Shown: positions 58,868 to 64,000 of the stretch, piece by piece
Layout of the letters: every line of letters starts with the position of its first letter
Numbering within the stretch: position 1 is the first letter of the stretch
Origin: Opitutales bacterium
GTDB lineage: Bacteria > Verrucomicrobiota > Verrucomicrobiia > Opitutales > PNEW01
Direction: 5' to 3'
NCBI GenBank assembly: GCA_965197745.1
Contig: CBDANS010000007.1
Coordinates: forward strand, 768,001-832,000
Length of the DNA stretch: 64,000 nt
Program-made: the position numbers and the translations under genes
The notes under the pieces: model-generated
Told to the model about the DNA's origin: nothing
What the model saw: the letters and a program-made list of their open reading frames with translations, nothing else
Databases searched by the model: none

Positions 58868-59250
58868 GGAGGGCCACGCGTCGTCGTGGCCGTGGTTGTA
58901 ATATTTAAAAAGATTAATAAAATGGAGGGACGCGCAATGCCTGTCGGCCATAGCCCCGCAGTTGTGGGGTGACGGCTGATCGCGTCCGCTTAGGAGCATG
59001 ATTATAGGATAGGAGATATGGAAGATGTCACCCTGCTGTTGCAGGGTTCGGAAGTGGCTATCAAATCGTGGATGAAGACGAAGAAACAGACGAAGACGAA
59101 GATTATTATTGATATCATTCCCATCCAATCATCCAGGCATCCATCCTTCCACTTTTGTGAATTTTGTGCCTTTGAAAGATCTCGCTACACTCGGTAGTGG
59201 CTATTCTAATCGAAGACGAAGACGAAGACGAGGAGGCAGACGAAGATACT
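58868..59250. repeat. REP-containing composite repeat with three micro-inserts
   Basis: REP at 58868, REP with insert at 58924-58989, inserts at 59021-59054 and 59175-59197, gacgaa hexamer runs. Confidence 0.8.
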
Positions 59251-59376
59251 AATTATTGCATAGCCCAAGAGGAATGGTGCGACCATCTGAAATTGTCAGA
59301 GTAGAGGAAAATTTCAAATCCGGGATATGTATCCTGAATCCGACTCGTGAATACAGCTGGTCCCTATCTTAACCCT

Positions 59377-59718
59377 TCAATTTCTCTGAAGCAGATCGAG
59401 CTGCTTTTTCAGTTCAGTTTCGCGACGCATAAGATTTATTCGTTCTCGAGTCGCTTTTAATTCTGCATGAAGTTGCCATTCAGTTTCGGAGGGCGTATCA
59501 AACATCAGATCAGGGAATTGAAGCCAGAACGCTAATAACTTTCGCGGTGAAATTTGGTGATAATATTTTTTTCCTGCATTAGTATTTTGGAATAAACCTG
59601 TCTGAACAATCGAAGAATCTGAGGTTTTCAACGCTTCAGATTTCGATTTATAATTTCCCCAGACCGGGGTTAGGGATAAAGTGGTGACGAGAATTATAAG
59701 GCGAAGGCTTCGTTTCAT
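59377..59718 (-). CDS. hypothetical secreted protein
   Basis: MKRSLRLIILVTTLSLTPVWG signal peptide; C-terminal coiled coil. Confidence 0.55.
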   Translation of the reverse strand: MKRSLRLIILVTTLSLTPVWGNYKSKSEALKTSDSSIVQTGLFQNTNAGKKYYHQISPRKLLAFWLQFPDLMFDTPSETEWQLHAELKATRERINLMRRETELKKQLDLLQRN

Positions 59719-59804
59719 AAAAATCAATTAGAAAAAATGCAAAAATTTTGAATCACAATAAAGATTAATAAAGTTAGGTTTAAACTGAAAGGTGAATTAC
59801 TATC

Positions 59805-60692
59805 CTATATATTTCTCTCCAGTGTGTCTTTCAAAATTTCTATCATCTCTTCCAGGGTTCGGTTTTTATCACGCGATTCGAATGTTTCATCAGCAAGAGG
59901 AGACTTGCCCATAAATTCATATAGGTCTGCAGCTCCCTGGTATATCCTTGGAGTCAGCCCTATATCATTGAATGTTTTTGCAATCTCTTCCATTTCACCA
60001 ACCCAGCGTCGCGCTTTAGTCGGCACTCCTGGAAGGTTTCGTTCCAGAGCGGCAAAAGGTTGTGGCTGGCTTAACTGAAATTCATTAACCAAAGAATCGA
60101 AGAGCCCCATTTTTGCAGCGGCGACCAGCAACTCGGTTGATAAGGCAGATGTCCCTTTCGTTAATGCCGCATAGCACATTTTCAATCCGGAAGCCTGGCC
60201 AATCACCGATCCAACGACCCGGACATCGAGACCAAATGCATTCAGTGAGGCAAATATCTCTGCGTCTTTTCCAGAAGCATAAAAACGTGTTTTTTCCTTC
60301 ACTTTTGGTGGGGGTCCAATGATACCCGCATCCACAAATCGACTGTTTGCTTCCGTGATTATTTTATCTATCATCTTTGTCGTATTGGGGGCGATGGCAT
60401 TACAATCCACATAGACAACTTCTTTACCTGTAGCATTAATTGATGCTGCGGTTTTTTCAGCTACTTTCACTGCTTCAGCGGGAACAAGGATTGAAAGGAT
60501 TAAATCTGATTCACTGACGAGCGTATCATAAGATTCTACTTCATTTATTTTTGCTTTTCTTGCCAGTGATTGAGTCAATTCACTCCGTCCCTCCAGGCAG
60601 GTATTCACCTGCAACCCGTGCTTGATGAGCACTTCTGCTACGATGTGTCCCATTTCTCCGGGACTTAACAAGCCCACTGTCTTCAGCTGCAT
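59805..60692 (-). CDS. NAD(P)-dependent oxidoreductase (3-hydroxyisobutyrate/6PGD-like, DUF1932)
   Basis: GLLSPGEMG, VDCNAIAP, ASGLKMCYAALTKG and KARRWVGEMEEIA motifs. Confidence 0.88.
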   Translation of the reverse strand: MQLKTVGLLSPGEMGHIVAEVLIKHGLQVNTCLEGRSELTQSLARKAKINEVESYDTLVSESDLILSILVPAEAVKVAEKTAASINATGKEVVYVDCNAIAPNTTKMIDKIITEANSRFVDAGIIGPPPKVKEKTRFYASGKDAEIFASLNAFGLDVRVVGSVIGQASGLKMCYAALTKGTSALSTELLVAAAKMGLFDSLVNEFQLSQPQPFAALERNLPGVPTKARRWVGEMEEIAKTFNDIGLTPRIYQGAADLYEFMGKSPLADETFESRDKNRTLEEMIEILKDTLERNI

Positions 60693-61026
60693 TTTTTAAT
60701 TCCTTTCATCTTGAGAATAGTGAGTTGATCTCTTTTAAATTTCAAATCGACTGTAATTTTAGATAACGACAATATTATGGTTAAATGCCAATGCTAAATT
60801 ACGTGTGTCGATGAAGTAACTGGATGAAGCGCAGACGATTCAACTTATTGATGAACGTGGAATTTATGCGCAGTCTGTGATTGGGGAAAGGTAGCCCCAG
60901 CAACCAGATTTTATAACGCGGTTGGAGATGCCATCCCCTCTGAACTTCATCTACCACCGGCCGGCCAACCCTTAAACTGAGCGGTGGCGGGGGGGGACTG
61001 AGAATACTTGAAGGGACAAGCTATGA

Positions 61027-61725
61027 TCAGGAGGTGCTCGGGATATTATAAAACCAGAATACAACGAGAGCTCCGGTGATAAGTAAAATAGCCAGTATTG
61101 GTATACAGGCGGCTAATCTGAGAGCACCAAAAATGAGGTATCGCAAGCCATTCAATAATTCTAAAACACCTGCTATTATTAAACCATAAAAGACGACGCC
61201 AAAACCAACCATTCCCAAAACACTGGATAACCCGAAGGTCAATGCAAGCCCTGCGATTATACTGCCGATGCCAAGGAATATATGCATTAAACCGGTACTG
61301 CGATATTCCGAATGCCGCATTTTATTGACTTGATTTATTAACTGAAATCCCACCTTTTCCGGAACATTATTTTCCGAAAGTTCGCGCAATATTTTATGCT
61401 TGGATTTTCCTTCCGCCAGCCGAACGCTTATATGGTAAGTAATCTCTTCAACTTTATAACCTCCCGTCGGTATTTCTTCATCCATTGATTCATCTTCCCA
61501 TTCATCCCCTGTCTGCATTTCCTCTTCGGGAGGAGTTAAACTTTGTCCCGGATGATTCGCAATACAGAGCTCTGATACTTCAGCAATGCAGACCCAGTCG
61601 TCACCCAGGTTTTCATTCCAGACGTAGTCTTCAGCGCTGAGCGTCTCCTTTTCGATTAGAGACTTTAACATTTCAATGCTAACAGGACCCACTTGCTTTT
61701 CATTCAGTGCGTAATACCAATCCAT
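61027..61725 (-). CDS. GYF_2 (DUF4339) domain membrane protein
   Basis: WYY....QVGP.S...L........L...DYVW......W..I.EV.EL N-terminus; three C-terminal TM. Confidence 0.8.
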   Translation of the reverse strand: MDWYYALNEKQVGPVSIEMLKSLIEKETLSAEDYVWNENLGDDWVCIAEVSELCIANHPGQSLTPPEEEMQTGDEWEDESMDEEIPTGGYKVEEITYHISVRLAEGKSKHKILRELSENNVPEKVGFQLINQVNKMRHSEYRSTGLMHIFLGIGSIIAGLALTFGLSSVLGMVGFGVVFYGLIIAGVLELLNGLRYLIFGALRLAACIPILAILLITGALVVFWFYNIPSTS

Positions 61726-61987
61726 AATATTTTTTTCCTTTTTTAGCTCCCTGATCTTACTGACTCATACCCAATTCTGATTATTTAAAAGTATATGAAT
61801 TTATTGAGTTCCAATGCTTAGTCAGAAAGTGCAATTTTAAGCTGCTATCGAAAATATACTGCTATTATTTATTTTCTATGAATAAAATAAGGTATACGCT
61901 TTAAAGTGTCTAGGTTTAATACCCTATAACCCTTAATTGCAGGTATTTTGACTAAATTTTATCAATTGCCCGAACGTGGTACAAGGA

Positions 61988-63445
61988 TCACTTAGGGGCA
62001 GTAGGCCAAATGGGAGCCATTCGCCAAATATCCAAGGAATGCACAATTGCATTCCCTCCCTCGGAGTAGAGAGCCAAGCCGAGGCTGTCTGCACGGGTGG
62101 GGTATATCCGTTTCGTCAGGCACTGCCGATTATTGGCAAAAACTTCAATTACTGAACGGTCTAAATAAATACGTAATTGTAATCTTTCTCCACTGTGGAG
62201 TTTAAAGGGGCCACGTTGAACACTTAGGTTTGCAACATCTTTGCTCAAGCTGGACCACTCAGGATCGAGTTCCAGACATTCATTGTTATGATTGTAGGCA
62301 ATACGGGTAAACTCATTTCCGTTGGGAGAACACCGCACTTTTATCCCGAACTCTATTGCATCACACACATCAATTTCAGCCGCTATTTCCAGGCAATCTC
62401 CGTTAATTCCATTGATCCTATCTGTAGCATTAGCTGTTATTTTCAGGTTTGTTAATGAATGATGATCACGCCGAAGCTGTTCCAATTCGGGGACCGGCTC
62501 AATGCCAAGATTATTTTCATTGTCCAGCGAGAGTATTCTTGGAATGGATGCGATACCCGCCCAACCAGCCTCACTTTGAATTCTGTATTTGCGCCCTTCT
62601 GAGATCCAACCAAATAAAATACGACGTCCCTGATCATCTTTCAAAGTTATCGGTGCGGATAAATTACCACTTTCGAGGTTAAAGTCGCCGTAGTTCATTC
62701 TGCCATGCTTTTCAATGTAAAATCGATGATCGCGATAGGTACCGATATAATACTGTGGGCCTCGAGCATGACTTGAGAAAAGCAATATGTGTTTATTTCC
62801 TAGGGGGAAGAAGTCAGGTACCGCACAGTCGGATTCGGGAGGTTTACCTTCAATTCCTTCATATAAAGGATGCATGTAATCCCAATGAATTAAATCATCT
62901 GATTTGAATAAGAATGCGGTGTCACCGTTTCCTTCGAAGCTGCCTCCAGAAAGCGAATACCAGGTATTCCCTTCCTTCCAGGCACAGGGATCGAATGGCT
63001 CCCACTCTTCCTGCCCTTTCGGTGGATGGGGAATCACGGGATTAGCAGGATGTTTCTTCCAGTTGATTAATTCGTCATCACCTGTCGCGATACAAGTACC
63101 CGCATCTTTACCGTAATAAATGAGCGTGGGGACCCCATCGTTATTAACAGCACCTCCGCTGTAGCAGCCGCCCTCATCGGGTTCACCCGGGTTTAATGAG
63201 AGGGCGACAGGCAAATCTTTCCAGTTTACAAGATCTTCGCTTACCGTATGCCCCCAATGCATGGTGCCGTGGAAAGAGCCATTGGGGTTGTATTGGTAGA
63301 ATAAATGGTATTTCCCTTTCCAATAGATCGCACCGTTGGGGTCATTCATCCAGTTGGCAGGAGGCAGAAAATGAAATAAAGGACGATAGGGATCCTCAGC
63401 CAGGTCAATGCGACGTGGATCGAAATCCTTATTCTTATCTGCCAT
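61988..63445 (-). CDS. glycoside hydrolase family 32 protein (atypical catalytic motifs)
   Basis: WMNDPNG, YHLFYQYNP, WGH, YSG, FDP and C-terminal LDRSVIEVF. Confidence 0.9.
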   Translation of the reverse strand: MADKNKDFDPRRIDLAEDPYRPLFHFLPPANWMNDPNGAIYWKGKYHLFYQYNPNGSFHGTMHWGHTVSEDLVNWKDLPVALSLNPGEPDEGGCYSGGAVNNDGVPTLIYYGKDAGTCIATGDDELINWKKHPANPVIPHPPKGQEEWEPFDPCAWKEGNTWYSLSGGSFEGNGDTAFLFKSDDLIHWDYMHPLYEGIEGKPPESDCAVPDFFPLGNKHILLFSSHARGPQYYIGTYRDHRFYIEKHGRMNYGDFNLESGNLSAPITLKDDQGRRILFGWISEGRKYRIQSEAGWAGIASIPRILSLDNENNLGIEPVPELEQLRRDHHSLTNLKITANATDRINGINGDCLEIAAEIDVCDAIEFGIKVRCSPNGNEFTRIAYNHNNECLELDPEWSSLSKDVANLSVQRGPFKLHSGERLQLRIYLDRSVIEVFANNRQCLTKRIYPTRADSLGLALYSEGGNAIVHSLDIWRMAPIWPTAPK

Positions 63446-63492
63446 TAAATATTCCTTTGTAGAATCTGAAGGAAAGCTTCGAGTAATTTTAT

Positions 63493-64000
63493 CTATTGAG
63501 AAGATGGGGGTCCCGCAAAACCCTCCATTGCATGCGCACTCATGTATTCACGGTCAAGATTGATTCCAAGACCAGGTCTATCTGAAAGATAGAGATCTCC
63601 ACTTCTGATGTCCAATGGGTAGTCAATAAAAGGATTGTAGTCACTTAAATCGTACTTAGTCGTCTCCAGTTTATAGAAGTTCGGTACCGTCATCATTACT
63701 TGCGCTCCAGCCATTACGTTAATAGGCCCGCTGGCGTCATGAGGTGATACCGGGATATAGTAACTCTCAGCCAGGGTTGAGATCTTTTTAAGCTCACTGA
63801 TTCCCCCCGTCCATGTAACATCCGGCATAATATAATCAGCGAGATTATTTTCGAAAACAGGTATAAATTCATATCGTGTGTATAACCTTTCGCCCACAGA
63901 AATTTTCAGATTTATTTTCTCCCGCACTTGTTTAAGCGCGTGATAACTCTCCGGCGGGCAAGGTTCTTCAAACCAGAATATATCGTAAGGTTCAAGCCTT
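63493..64000 (-). CDS. mandelate racemase/galactonate dehydratase-like enolase-superfamily enzyme (partial, starts beyond window)
   Basis: WFEEP, GERL, PD....GGISE.KKI, PH, E and PGLG motifs. Confidence 0.85.
   Translation of the reverse strand, partial: RLEPYDIFWFEEPCPPESYHALKQVREKINLKISVGERLYTRYEFIPVFENNLADYIMPDVTWTGGISELKKISTLAESYYIPVSPHDASGPINVMAGAQVMMTVPNFYKLETTKYDLSDYNPFIDYPLDIRSGDLYLSDRPGLGINLDREYMSAHAMEGFAGPPSSQ

Overview
64 kb of bacterial chromosome; the gene content and an Opitutales-like C-terminal domain are consistent with a PVC/Verrucomicrobiota host (inference). From left to right it holds: (1) a surface-polysaccharide region (sugar transferase, two sulfotransferases, O-antigen ligase, methyltransferase, deacetylase); (2) a long mosaic of catabolic genes (LDH2, SDRs, PhyH dioxygenases, M19 dipeptidases, enolase-superfamily enzymes, RraA, GGT, GH32) with SSS and ABC transporters; (3) a sigma54 two-component module with a secreted protein, a beta-barrel and a frameshifted beta-propeller. 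There are two diverged IS3-family copies, and both are interrupted at the same two codons by the same tiny hairpin inserts. The most striking signal is non-coding. Two four-helix-bundle (IVS-protein/Avd-like) genes are each bracketed by their own family of inverted, degenerate 7-mer tandem arrays. Gene-less versions of these brackets fill many intergenic spaces as nested 7/8/9/10-mer layers. GGAG-type REPs, a 175-bp cloverleaf element and several families of 23-49-nt hairpin micro-inserts sit among them; the micro-inserts show both empty and filled sites and no target duplication. No rRNA, tRNA or CRISPR array was recognised. All protein family calls come from motif recognition by eye, not database searches.
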